64,000 nt of DNA from Gemmatales bacterium. Its GTDB lineage: Bacteria; Planctomycetota; Planctomycetia; Gemmatales; HRBIN36. Position numbers and translations under genes: made by a program. The DNA is taken from contig JBDHUG010000012.1 of assembly GCA_039809045.1 (NCBI GenBank), positions 5,586 through 69,585 on the forward strand. The letters are read 5' to 3'. The notes beneath the pieces are model-generated. The model was not told the origin of the DNA. It saw only the letters and a program-made list of their open reading frames with translations, and searched no databases. Shown here one piece after another: positions 38,157 to 47,048 of the stretch (its first letter is position 1; each line of letters opens with the position of its first letter).

Positions 38157-39629
38157 TCAGCAAGCCAGCATCACTCGTTTACGAAACATATCAGGGGAGA
38201 AATGAATGCCAGCCGCGCGGATTTTCACGTCATAGTGAGAATTGATGCCTGCCATTTCAAAATGGCCAACGGCTTTGCCTTGCGAATCAATGCCTGTCTG
38301 TTTATAGATCATCAGCTCTTGGGTAACGATGGTATCTTGCTCCATTCCAACGATCTCTGAAACAGAAGTTACTTTGCGAAGCCCGCCGATTAATCGATCG
38401 ACTTGGATGACGAGATTGATGGATGATGCTATTTGTTGACGCATGGCTTTCAAAGGTAGATCAAGACCGCTCATCATGATCATCATTTCCAATCGGCTCA
38501 ATGCATCGCGGGGGCTGTTCGCATGCAAAGTCGTCATTGAGCCTTCATGACCCGTATTCATTGCTTGAAGCATATCCAGTGCTTCCGGACCTCGACATTC
38601 ACCCACAATAATTCGATTAGGGCGCATACGCAGCGCATTCCGGACAAGATCACGAATGGTCACTTCGCCTTTGCCTTCAATGTTCGGCGGTCTGGATTCG
38701 AGCCGCCCGACGTGCACTTGCTGCAACTGCAATTCGGCTGCGTCTTCAATCGTTATGAGTCGCTCATGGGCTGGGATAAAACTGGAAAGGGCATTGAGCA
38801 GGGTCGTTTTACCGCTTCCCGTTCCTCCACTTACCAAGATGTTCAATTTTCCTTTCACGGCACCGTCGAGAAATTGAACGATTTCAGGCGTTAAGGCCTT
38901 CAAGGCAATCAAATCGGGGATCCGGAGGGGGCGAACGCCAAACCTGCGGATACTCACCATGGGCCCAACCAACGACAGGGGCGGTATGATGGCATTGAAA
39001 CGTGACCCATCGGGCATGCGTGCATCAACCATCGGTGATGACTCATTCACCCGACGCCCGACACGTGCGACAATCCGTTGGATGATTTCTATCAGCTGAT
39101 CGTCATTTCGAAACGTAACGCCGCTTGGCTCGAGAATACCACGCCTTTCGACATATACTTGCTTGGCCCCATTGACCAGAATATCGCCAATGGTCGGATC
39201 GCGAAGCAGTTTCTCGAGGGGACCAAAACCAAGGATATCATCCAATAAATCATCGATGAGTTCTTTGCGCTGGGCAAAGGTAAGCGGCTGATGGGCATGG
39301 GTATCAATCAATTGTTCCAGGGCAAATCGGATTTCCGTACGTCTTTGCTCTTCTGGAAATCGATTGATTTCTTCGGGCTTGATATTATTGACAAACACAT
39401 TGTGTATCGTTCGCTTCAAGTCCTCTAAAGTTTGGTCCGTTGCTGAAACCGGCACAACGCCACTCGCAACGTTTGCAGGGCTGGATGCACTCCCGATGGG
39501 TTCAGCAGCAGCGATGTTTCCACTCGGCTCCGGCTCCGCTGCTATTTCCTTCTCGGTCTGCTGATTGACCGCTTCTTTCGCCTTTTTCTTTTGTTCTTCT
39601 AGTTCTTTGATGAAATCATTAAGTTCCAT
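38157..39629 (-). CDS. cpaF: CpaF/TadA-family type II/IV secretion ATPase
   Basis: Walker A GGTGSGKTTLLNAL, Asp-box/Walker B and His-box regions (..IIVGECRG..,..GHEGSMTTLHAN..). The N-terminal low-complexity extension is typical of CpaF. Confidence 0.9.
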   Translation of the reverse strand: MELNDFIKELEEQKKKAKEAVNQQTEKEIAAEPEPSGNIAAAEPIGSASSPANVASGVVPVSATDQTLEDLKRTIHNVFVNNIKPEEINRFPEEQRRTEIRFALEQLIDTHAHQPLTFAQRKELIDDLLDDILGFGPLEKLLRDPTIGDILVNGAKQVYVERRGILEPSGVTFRNDDQLIEIIQRIVARVGRRVNESSPMVDARMPDGSRFNAIIPPLSLVGPMVSIRRFGVRPLRIPDLIALKALTPEIVQFLDGAVKGKLNILVSGGTGSGKTTLLNALSSFIPAHERLITIEDAAELQLQQVHVGRLESRPPNIEGKGEVTIRDLVRNALRMRPNRIIVGECRGPEALDMLQAMNTGHEGSMTTLHANSPRDALSRLEMMIMMSGLDLPLKAMRQQIASSINLVIQVDRLIGGLRKVTSVSEIVGMEQDTIVTQELMIYKQTGIDSQGKAVGHFEMAGINSHYDVKIRAAGIHFSPDMFRKRVMLAC

Positions 39630-39874
39630 ATCCGCACCTATACTTCACGCAAAAAAACCCTTGGCATTGGAATTAATTGAAAGCCGAATACGTCTTGGCT
39701 TCCTATTGGTTTTATTACGACCACACACAAGCAGCAATCTGATTCAACTTCGAATCACTTTCAACCGTTTGGCCTAACGTTGCTGCAAGATTGCCAATTA
39801 TCTGAATTCTCTGCATTTTTGGGCCAATGGTCGTGCTCGACAACAACCCACGCGATTGCTCGTCTAGACAATAG

Positions 39875-39886
39875 TTGTTTAAACAA
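39875..39886. promoter_or_regulatory. perfect 12-bp palindrome TTGTTTAAACAA upstream of the MarR gene (candidate operator)
   Basis: The sequence is self-complementary over 12 bp and ends 48 nt upstream of the MarR ATG at 39935, in the 305-bp gap shared with divergent cpaF. Confidence 0.5.
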
Positions 39887-39934
39887 TTAAAATATGGTGA
39901 TGCTGTAATACTGCTTTCCTGGAATAAACGCCGC

Positions 39935-40411
39935 ATGCACTTTGATTCCATTGCCCAAAAGGCTTTTATCAATCTGTGGCGAACCTACGATCGGTTACGC
40001 CAGTTAGAAGCGCGACTGTTCGACCGTTTCGAACTTACCGCACAGCAATACAACGTTTTAAGGATACTCAATGCCAAATATCCAGACCCCGTCCCCACTC
40101 TCCATCTCGCTGAACGTTTGATCTCGGCTGCACCCGATATCACGCGCATCGTTGATAAACTCGAAAAGCAAGGGCTGATCAGTAGAACTCGCACGCAGCA
40201 TGATCGCCGTTCCGTTTTGATTCATATTACAAAGGCTGGCCGAGCTAAACTGAGCCAGATTCAACGCCCTCTGCGGCAATGTCATGAACAACAACTAGGA
40301 CATCTAACCAAAAAACAACTTGTACAATTAACCAACCTGTTACGCCGAGCGCGACAACCCCATGAGAACGCAACCAGTCCATGGCGTGTTGAAAGGAGCG
40401 ACGATAGATGA
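39935..40411 (+). CDS. MarR-family transcriptional regulator
   Basis: ATG at 39935. Winged-helix block (..LTAQQYNVLRIL...ITRIVDKLEKQGLISRTRTQHDRRSVLIHITKAG..). The stop overlaps the next gene start by 4 nt. Confidence 0.85.
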   Translation: MHFDSIAQKAFINLWRTYDRLRQLEARLFDRFELTAQQYNVLRILNAKYPDPVPTLHLAERLISAAPDITRIVDKLEKQGLISRTRTQHDRRSVLIHITKAGRAKLSQIQRPLRQCHEQQLGHLTKKQLVQLTNLLRRARQPHENATSPWRVERSDDR

Positions 40412-41682
40412 CTCCATCCATTCCCAGCAACACCGAAGTCGTGGTCATCGGTGGCGGACCTGCGGGTTCCACAGCTGCTACCCTCATTGCTGAGCAGGGT
40501 CGCCGGGTAACTCTTTTTGAGCGTGAGCATTTTCCGCGTTTCCATATCGGCGAATCGTTGATTCCCGAAACGTATTGGGTCTTACAACGCTTAAAATTGA
40601 TTGAACCCCTGAAACATGGACATTTCGTTAAGAAGTATTCCGTGCAATTCATCACCGAACATGGCAAGCTTTCCGAACCTTTTTACTTCTGGGATCACAA
40701 GCCTTATGAATCATCACAAACCTGGCAAGTACGTCGTGATGAGTTTGACACCATCTTGCTTAACAATGCGCGGCAAAAGGGGGCGGATGTGCATGAAGGC
40801 GTGCGTGTGCTCAATGTGATCTTTGATGGCAATAAGGCAAAGGGCGTTCGCATCAAGACCACTAATGGTCAAGAAAAGGATGTCATGTGCCAAGTGGTAG
40901 TCGATGCTAGCGGCATGAGCACCGTCCTCATGGATCGTTTGCAATTACGACAATGGGACCCGGATTTAAAAAAGGCAGCCGTTTGGACCTATTGGAAGGG
41001 CGCCAAGCGCGACCAAGGCCGCGACGAAGGAGCAACCCTCGTGATTCAAACCGAGGGTAAGCGCGGCTGGTTCTGGTACATCCCGCTGCACGATGATGTC
41101 GTCAGTGTCGGCGTGGTCAGTTCAGAGCAAGATTTGTTCAAAGAACAAGGCAGCAAAGATCTCGAGAAGATCTACTTTGACCAAGTTGCCAAATGCCCAG
41201 GGCTTCAGCCGCGCTTGCAAGGTGCCACGCGTTGCGACATTTTTCGGGCACAAAAAGAGTATTCTTATCGAGCACGCCAAATCGCGGGCGATGGCTGGGT
41301 CTTGGTTGGTGACGCATTAGGTTTTCTCGATCCGCTCTACTCCTCTGGCGTCTTGCTGGCTTTGGTTTCTGGTGCGAAAGCAGCAGATGCTGTCGTGGAG
41401 GGATTAAGCAAGCACGATGTCTCAGCCCGACAACTGGGCTGCTGGTCGGAGGAGTACATCAAGGGCATGAACCGCATGCGACGTCTGGTATGTGAATTTT
41501 ACAATGGCTTTAGCTTTGGCCAGTTCATCAGACGTCATCCACACCTGAAAGGCTATATCACCGACATGCTGATCGGTGATCTTTACAAGGATGAACTAGA
41601 CCAATTATGGCCGCTCATGGATGCCATGCGTGCTGAACTAAGTTCAGAACAAGCGACGATGCTTGAATCCGCCACGGCCTAA
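40408..41682 (+). CDS. flavin-dependent halogenase-like FAD oxidoreductase
   Basis: GxGxxG (VIGGGPAGS), FPRFHIGESLIP block, a candidate catalytic Lys region (GHFVKKYSVQF), WxWxIP motif (WFWYIP, nt 41068-41085) and GDALGFLDPLYSSGV. Confidence 0.7.
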   Translation: MTPSIPSNTEVVVIGGGPAGSTAATLIAEQGRRVTLFEREHFPRFHIGESLIPETYWVLQRLKLIEPLKHGHFVKKYSVQFITEHGKLSEPFYFWDHKPYESSQTWQVRRDEFDTILLNNARQKGADVHEGVRVLNVIFDGNKAKGVRIKTTNGQEKDVMCQVVVDASGMSTVLMDRLQLRQWDPDLKKAAVWTYWKGAKRDQGRDEGATLVIQTEGKRGWFWYIPLHDDVVSVGVVSSEQDLFKEQGSKDLEKIYFDQVAKCPGLQPRLQGATRCDIFRAQKEYSYRARQIAGDGWVLVGDALGFLDPLYSSGVLLALVSGAKAADAVVEGLSKHDVSARQLGCWSEEYIKGMNRMRRLVCEFYNGFSFGQFIRRHPHLKGYITDMLIGDLYKDELDQLWPLMDAMRAELSSEQATMLESATA

Positions 41683-41695
41683 CTCTCAACATTGA

Positions 41696-44600
41696 TCAGA
41701 CTTGCTGCACCAATCGTGCGGTAAATAGGTAATCGATCCATAGGGAAGTCAACTTCTCGGCGGTGCTGTTCTGCCGCAACCGGGCGTGCAGATGCTCAAA
41801 ATCAACTTGCCTCAGAAATTGATCCTGGTTGAAGCAACTAAAGACGAAACTTTCCTTGCCGGTTTCGGGATCTACATGCCGTTGCATGCATTGGGCGCAG
41901 ATTTCTTTCATCATACACTGCATGGGTGAATTGATTGAACCAATAGCAACGGGCCTTTTTTTGAAGTGCCCTGCCAATGGCCCATCGAGGGATTGGCGCA
42001 CGGCATTCATCATGCGATCCGAGCCGATGGCAATAATCCGATCCGCCTCGTCGAGAGGTACAGGCATGGGGCCAAGTTTACCCGTGCCGTAGGCCGCCAT
42101 GGCCTCGACGATATTGCCGACAAAAGCCTTGTCTTGTGGCCGCCTGGCTTCGATAGCTGGCGCAACATCGGTACTCCAAACGACGACATCACACGCCTTC
42201 TCGATTTCGTGCCGTTTAAACAAGTCGTTTGGCTTCTTGTAACCTGCAAAATAGATCACACGGTTGTGCTTTTCCTTGAGGGCCAGAGCAATTGAAAACA
42301 ACACGGCATTGCCCAACCCCCCGCCAGCCAGCACAACCGTTTCATTCTCCGGTATTTCCGTGGGTGTACCTGTCGGTCCCATCAGAACCACCCGCTCATT
42401 GGGTTCGAGCAATGCACAAAGCCGACTGCTTCCACCCATTTCCAACACAATGATGGAGATCAAACCTTGTCGCTGATCCACCCAAGCTCCCGTTAAGGCA
42501 ATTCCTTCCATCGTCAAACGAAAGCCCTGTACTTCCTCTGCCCGCGTTTCATAATTTTGCAGCCGATAAAACTGGCCAGGTCGAAAGTGCCGCGCAGCCA
42601 AGGGAGCCTTAATGATGACCTCGACAATTTGGTGTGTTAACCGAAAGGCATCGACCACTTCAGCAACCAGCTGTTGGTCCAATTGCTCAACAAAAAGCAC
42701 CCACTGACGCTCTCGCTCTGGTTGCAGTTCTTGCTGCAGCTTATTCAATTCATGCTTGAACAGGTCCGCGATGAACGGGTATCCATGCTTGGCCGATGCC
42801 ATGGCTTTGACAACATTACCCGCATACTTGGCATGCGCATCCCCAAAAAAGCTGATGTATTTATGGTCGTGCTGGTAGGATGTCAGGAAGGCTTCTTGCT
42901 TTTCGGGATCGACCGGCACTAATTTCCGTAAGGAGCCTTCCTGCTCTGCCAGTACATGGGCTTGATAAAACTCGCCGTCCGCATCCAATTGAAAGGTTCC
43001 TGGATATTCCTTTTCGTAGACGGTATTTGGATGGGTGCCGGCGGCGATCAGCACCGTTCGTGCGGGCAATTCGAAAAATTTACCCGAATTCTTCCATTTC
43101 CCTTGAATGTTGTCTTGGTGCTCACAGCGTAAGGCACGTACAGCTCCACATTCATCGGCCAGACATTCAACCGGGCTAAGACATTCGGCAAAAAGGATGC
43201 CTTCCTCGAGTGCTTTGATGACTTCCTCGTGATTGAGTCGATAAGCCGGCGAATCTTGTAGACGTTTGCGATAGGCAATGGTGACGCCTCCCCAAGCACG
43301 GATCAGGCGATTAAAATCGGGCGCCCGACCTGCCGTGGCCGCAGCCGAACGTTCCGTTCGGATTGCCCTCCCATGCTTGAGCCAACGCTGTAGCTTGGCC
43401 CATTCTTCGTTGTCCATGCGTTCACGAATGGCCGATTCGCCTATTTTTTCAACCAGTCTTTCGAAACGATCCAACGTCTTTTCGCACTGCACGACATAAT
43501 ACGCCTGCAATTCCGTCGCCGTGTCGATCGCCGTTAAGCCGCCTCCAATCACGACGGCTGGCAAATCGACTTGCAAGTTGCCCAGGCTGTCATTGCGATA
43601 GATACCTGTGGCCTGCAATCCCATGAGAAAGTCGGAGGCCAGCCGAACTCCGCGCAGCAAATTATTCTTCATGGGAACGAGTGTTGGCCGCCCTGCCCCA
43701 GCACAAATGGCGATATGATGAAATCCCAATTGCCAGGCGTCGTCAATGGTGATGGTCCCACCAAAACGAACACCATCATATAGACCAAACTTTTTCCTGC
43801 GCATCAGCAGCAAATAATTGATATCGAGAAAGTTCTTATCCCAGCGAACAGTAATGCCATACTCGGATACCCCCCCAAAGCCAAGTATGGTCCGTTGATC
43901 CAAAGGCCCCACGATATCCTTAATATCTTTGATCGGTTGTGGCACACGCCGTTTAGCCCCACGCATGCGCAAAGACAATGGTTCAATTTTCAGTCCATCG
44001 ATGCCAATCACGCCGAAACCTTCATTCAGTAGGTGATGCGCAAGGGTGTAACCCGCCGGCCCCATCCCAACGACGAGCACATTCTTACCGTTGTATGCTA
44101 ACGGGTATGGCCGCTTTGCATTGATGGGGTTCCACCGCGAAAGCAATGCATAGATTTCAAAACCATAAGGCAGGTTCAGCACATCGGTCAGGATGCTGGT
44201 CTCGATTTGAGGGATGTTAACAGGCGTTTGTTTTTGATAAATGCACGACTTCATGCAATCGTTGCAGATACGGTGCCCTGTCCCTGCACACAGCGGGTTG
44301 TCAATCATGATCATGGCCAAGGCGCCGATACCATAGCCCTCGCGTTTGAGCAGATGGGCCTCGGAAATCTTCTCGTCAAGTGGACATCCCGTTAACGGAA
44401 TTCCCAAGGGATTGGGTTGAAATTCGTTTTCGCCTTTCGTGAACCCTCGGGAGCATGAGTCCTTTTCACGAGGATGACAAATGATGCAATAGTGCATTTC
44501 CCGGAGTGCTTCCCGAGGGGTCATGCGCGCGTCGGTCAGATTGAATCCGTCGCGGTTACGCCGCGTTTCCGTTGGGCCTTCAAAAATGATGGGCAAGGAT

Positions 44601-45316
44601 TGCAGAAAACGGCGGGGAACCAGGTCGTCAAAGTCCATTTTTTCAGGAATCACAAAGGAAGTGAATCCTTGCCTGCGTCCTTTTAGTTTTGGATGAAATG
44701 CCAATGCTCTCATCCATTCAGTCACGGCCTGCAAAGCTTGTTCATTCCATGCGCGTTTGCCATCCGTTTCACCTTTCGCCCCAGACATCATTAAGCGGGA
44801 AACCACTTCCGCCATTTCCCTTTCTGGATCTGTGGTAAAGACCCCTGGCTCAAGCAGTTCAGCCACAACCTCTCGATAGCGAAACTCCAATTCCTCAACA
44901 TTCATGGCTTCGATTTCCTCTGACGTTGGATGCTTTTTCAGTATCCGTCGATCAAGGAATTCGCGTTTGACTTTGAAGACGACACCATCTTGTTTCGAGC
45001 GGCTATTCATGGCCGCGACAGCTTCTTCAATATGAAAGAGCCTGCCGACAAAATGATCAATATGTTTGGCCAAGGCAATCAACGTTTCACTGAACTCAGG
45101 CGAATGCGGTATGGGTTGTGGTCGATTGCGAAGCTCGATCAACTTGTTAACCAAGTCGGGATCAGACTTTTGTAATTCATCGCGAAAACACTGATCGAGA
45201 TCCATGAGCCGACGCACGCGGTTCAAATCTGCAAATCGAAACCCTGGATAACCCAGAACAAAATTCCAACTGGTTGCCGTGCTGCGCGAAGTTGATGGTA
45301 AATGCATGAAATTCAT
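41696..45316 (-). CDS. fused GltD-like (Fe-S + FAD/NAD(P)) and PyrK-like (FAD/NAD + 2Fe-2S) oxidoreductase with unassigned N-terminal region
   Basis: Cys clusters with GCPLDEKI as in glutamate synthase small-chain relatives. Two dinucleotide folds (VVGMGPAGYTLA, VVIGGGLTAIDTA). The C-terminal ferredoxin-reductase-like part (RPGQFYRLQ, LAGGGLGNAV) ends in C-x5-C-x2-C...C. An alternative ATG lies at 45307. Confidence 0.7.
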   Translation of the reverse strand: MNFMHLPSTSRSTATSWNFVLGYPGFRFADLNRVRRLMDLDQCFRDELQKSDPDLVNKLIELRNRPQPIPHSPEFSETLIALAKHIDHFVGRLFHIEEAVAAMNSRSKQDGVVFKVKREFLDRRILKKHPTSEEIEAMNVEELEFRYREVVAELLEPGVFTTDPEREMAEVVSRLMMSGAKGETDGKRAWNEQALQAVTEWMRALAFHPKLKGRRQGFTSFVIPEKMDFDDLVPRRFLQSLPIIFEGPTETRRNRDGFNLTDARMTPREALREMHYCIICHPREKDSCSRGFTKGENEFQPNPLGIPLTGCPLDEKISEAHLLKREGYGIGALAMIMIDNPLCAGTGHRICNDCMKSCIYQKQTPVNIPQIETSILTDVLNLPYGFEIYALLSRWNPINAKRPYPLAYNGKNVLVVGMGPAGYTLAHHLLNEGFGVIGIDGLKIEPLSLRMRGAKRRVPQPIKDIKDIVGPLDQRTILGFGGVSEYGITVRWDKNFLDINYLLLMRRKKFGLYDGVRFGGTITIDDAWQLGFHHIAICAGAGRPTLVPMKNNLLRGVRLASDFLMGLQATGIYRNDSLGNLQVDLPAVVIGGGLTAIDTATELQAYYVVQCEKTLDRFERLVEKIGESAIRERMDNEEWAKLQRWLKHGRAIRTERSAAATAGRAPDFNRLIRAWGGVTIAYRKRLQDSPAYRLNHEEVIKALEEGILFAECLSPVECLADECGAVRALRCEHQDNIQGKWKNSGKFFELPARTVLIAAGTHPNTVYEKEYPGTFQLDADGEFYQAHVLAEQEGSLRKLVPVDPEKQEAFLTSYQHDHKYISFFGDAHAKYAGNVVKAMASAKHGYPFIADLFKHELNKLQQELQPERERQWVLFVEQLDQQLVAEVVDAFRLTHQIVEVIIKAPLAARHFRPGQFYRLQNYETRAEEVQGFRLTMEGIALTGAWVDQRQGLISIIVLEMGGSSRLCALLEPNERVVLMGPTGTPTEIPENETVVLAGGGLGNAVLFSIALALKEKHNRVIYFAGYKKPNDLFKRHEIEKACDVVVWSTDVAPAIEARRPQDKAFVGNIVEAMAAYGTGKLGPMPVPLDEADRIIAIGSDRMMNAVRQSLDGPLAGHFKKRPVAIGSINSPMQCMMKEICAQCMQRHVDPETGKESFVFSCFNQDQFLRQVDFEHLHARLRQNSTAEKLTSLWIDYLFTARLVQQV

Positions 45317-45605
45317 GGAGTGCTTCTCTTCATTCAGTGACCATTACCTATCCCAATTAGCTCAGCCTATTCTAGTAACTTCTTTCCATAGTCTGGCTCA
45401 GTATTCGCTCGTGTATTACAAACATGTGTTGTATGCAAGATAATACGTTTTCCTCAGATTATTTAACATCATTTACTGTTGCTGCACTTAGACCAAATGT
45501 CGTTTGGAATCCGCGCTCTCAGGCAGCGAAATCCGCTTGTGAGATATTGCCTCACTGCAAACAAAGGAATGGCCAAACCGGGTTCATTTCAATCACAATG
45601 GAGAA

Positions 45606-45635
45606 GCGAAAAAGCCAGATCGTGCTGATCTGGCT
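45606..45635 (-). terminator. rho-independent terminator (minus strand), second of two tandem hairpins after the Mrp gene
   Basis: Perfect 8-bp stem GCCAGATC/GATCTGGC (45614-45621 / 45627-45634) with a 5-nt loop. It is followed on the minus strand by a run of five U residues (A-run 45609-45613 on the plus strand). Confidence 0.7.
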
Positions 45636-45689
45636 GATCGTCCCAGCAAGCCATGGGAGCTTCGTCTGTAATCAAATAACAACGAAACG

Positions 45690-45711
45690 AAATGCCAACG
45701 GTGTGGCATTT
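45690..45711 (-). terminator. hairpin downstream of Mrp gene (possible terminator, minus strand)
   Basis: 8-bp stem AAATGCCA/TGGCATTT with a 6-nt loop. The downstream minus-strand sequence is T-rich (CGTTTCGTTGTTATTTG). It lies 54 nt after the stop at 45765. Confidence 0.45.
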
Positions 45712-45764
45712 TGGTGAATGGATCATTGCACGATGGACGTAGCTGAGCTTACACGCGAAGAACA

Positions 45765-46601
45765 CTAAAGTTCAACTACGGGCATTTGCGGAATGTTTGC
45801 CTTGGCTGCCTCAATGCCTGCGTTAATTTTATCAGCCAGTTCACGGTATGCAGCAGCAACCGGCGTATCAGGATGGCACATGACCATAGGCTTGCCAGAG
45901 TCGCCACAGGACGCGATGCGTGGATCGATCTGGATTTCAGCCAAAAAAGGAACGCCCAGTTCAGCGGCACATTTGCGTCCGCCGCCATGTCGAAAGATCT
46001 CGTAGCGTTTGCCGTCATCGCCAACAAAATAGCTCATATTCTCAACAATACCGAGCACGGGGACATTGACTTGTTGAAACATTTTGAGCCCGCGCCGTGC
46101 GTCTAACAGGCTGACATCCTGTGGGGTTGTGACGATCACTGCACCGGTTAACGGCGCATGCTGACACAAAGTCAATTGTGCGTCGCCTGTTCCCGGTGGA
46201 AGGTCAATCACCAGATAATCTAGCTGCCCCCAATCGAGAGCCATGAGGAACTGGCGCAGATATTTATCCACCATTGGACCACGCCAAATCACCGCTTGCT
46301 CCGGAGTGACCAAAAATCCCATGGACATGATCCGCAAGCCGAATTTTTCGATCGGAAACTGAGTCGATTGTGGATCAATCCCCTCCAACCCAAGCATCAT
46401 CGGCACGCTCGGTCCGTAGATATCGGCATCCAATAGACCCACTCGATGGCCCATGCCCTGCAAGGCCATCGCCAGGTTGACCGCCACCGTAGACTTGCCT
46501 ACTCCACCTTTTCCGCTAGCGACAGCGACGACATTTTTTACACCCGTTAATTGAATCTTGGGCGGCAAACCAGCGGGGCCACCGTGTGGTGCATGCGACA
46601 T
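45765..46601 (-). CDS. apbC: Mrp/ApbC/NBP35-family Fe-S cluster carrier ATPase
   Basis: Deviant Walker A SGKGGVGKST, a CxxC-type region (ASCGDSG) and the characteristic ..GIVENMSYF.. block. Confidence 0.9.
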   Translation of the reverse strand: MSHAPHGGPAGLPPKIQLTGVKNVVAVASGKGGVGKSTVAVNLAMALQGMGHRVGLLDADIYGPSVPMMLGLEGIDPQSTQFPIEKFGLRIMSMGFLVTPEQAVIWRGPMVDKYLRQFLMALDWGQLDYLVIDLPPGTGDAQLTLCQHAPLTGAVIVTTPQDVSLLDARRGLKMFQQVNVPVLGIVENMSYFVGDDGKRYEIFRHGGGRKCAAELGVPFLAEIQIDPRIASCGDSGKPMVMCHPDTPVAAAYRELADKINAGIEAAKANIPQMPVVEL

Positions 46602-46603
46602 GT

Positions 46604-46936
46604 CTACTCCTGCGAGGTTGAAGGCTTAATCCATTCACACAATGAACGTAATTGTTCGAACGTCCAAATGCCCGCGTCGTGCCCATCGTTCCAAACGATT
46701 TTATAGGCATAATAACCAACGGGTGTCATGGCAACGGGCCGAAGCGGACCAGCGGAAATGTCTTTCATGTCGATGACGCGAAAAGGATTTGGCGGTTGCA
46801 AGCGTTCTTCACGGCAACCGGCACACGGGCAGTTATCCCGCAAATGGCGCCAAGTGATCACACCGACTTTGCCATCATTCCACTCGATGCGGATGCGATC
46901 GTCGCCATCTTTTTGGATCGCTGTTGGCTGAAGCAT
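46604..46936 (-). CDS. DUF971 domain protein
   Basis: ATG at 46936; the longer ORF-track N-terminus looks non-coding. Contains ..IRIEWNDGK.. and the CPCAGC motif. It lies 2 nt upstream of the Mrp gene, a pairing I recall as common. Confidence 0.7.
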   Translation of the reverse strand: MLQPTAIQKDGDDRIRIEWNDGKVGVITWRHLRDNCPCAGCREERLQPPNPFRVIDMKDISAGPLRPVAMTPVGYYAYKIVWNDGHDAGIWTFEQLRSLCEWIKPSTSQE

Positions 46937-47048
46937 GTTCGAATAATCATTCCAAACGCAACAAATGAAATCACAAAGCAAATTGTAGCCCTGTTGAGAC
47001 AAGAGGCCATTGCTCGATTGTTTGCATGGAGGCAAACTACCGAAAAAA

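Noticed and set aside
30108-39629. Possible lower GC content of the giant gene/tad-like region as a sign of horizontal transfer
   Set aside because: Spot counts of single 60-nt lines ranged from about 40 to 52 percent within the gene, versus about 50-55 percent elsewhere. That sample is too small and too variable to support a claim. A sliding-window GC and codon-usage calculation is needed.
39856-39898. Sigma-70-type -35/-10 promoter around the MarR palindrome (TTGTTT ... TAAAAT/TATGGT)
   Set aside because: The spacings I could construct (7, 12 or 26 nt) do not fit the 16-18-nt rule, and planctomycete promoter consensus is poorly defined. I report only the palindrome.
45424-45717. 97-aa ORF in the intergenic region between the 1206-aa oxidoreductase and the Mrp gene
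   Set aside because: It has no RBS. It spans both minus-strand terminator hairpins (45614-45634 and 45690-45711), and its composition looks non-coding.
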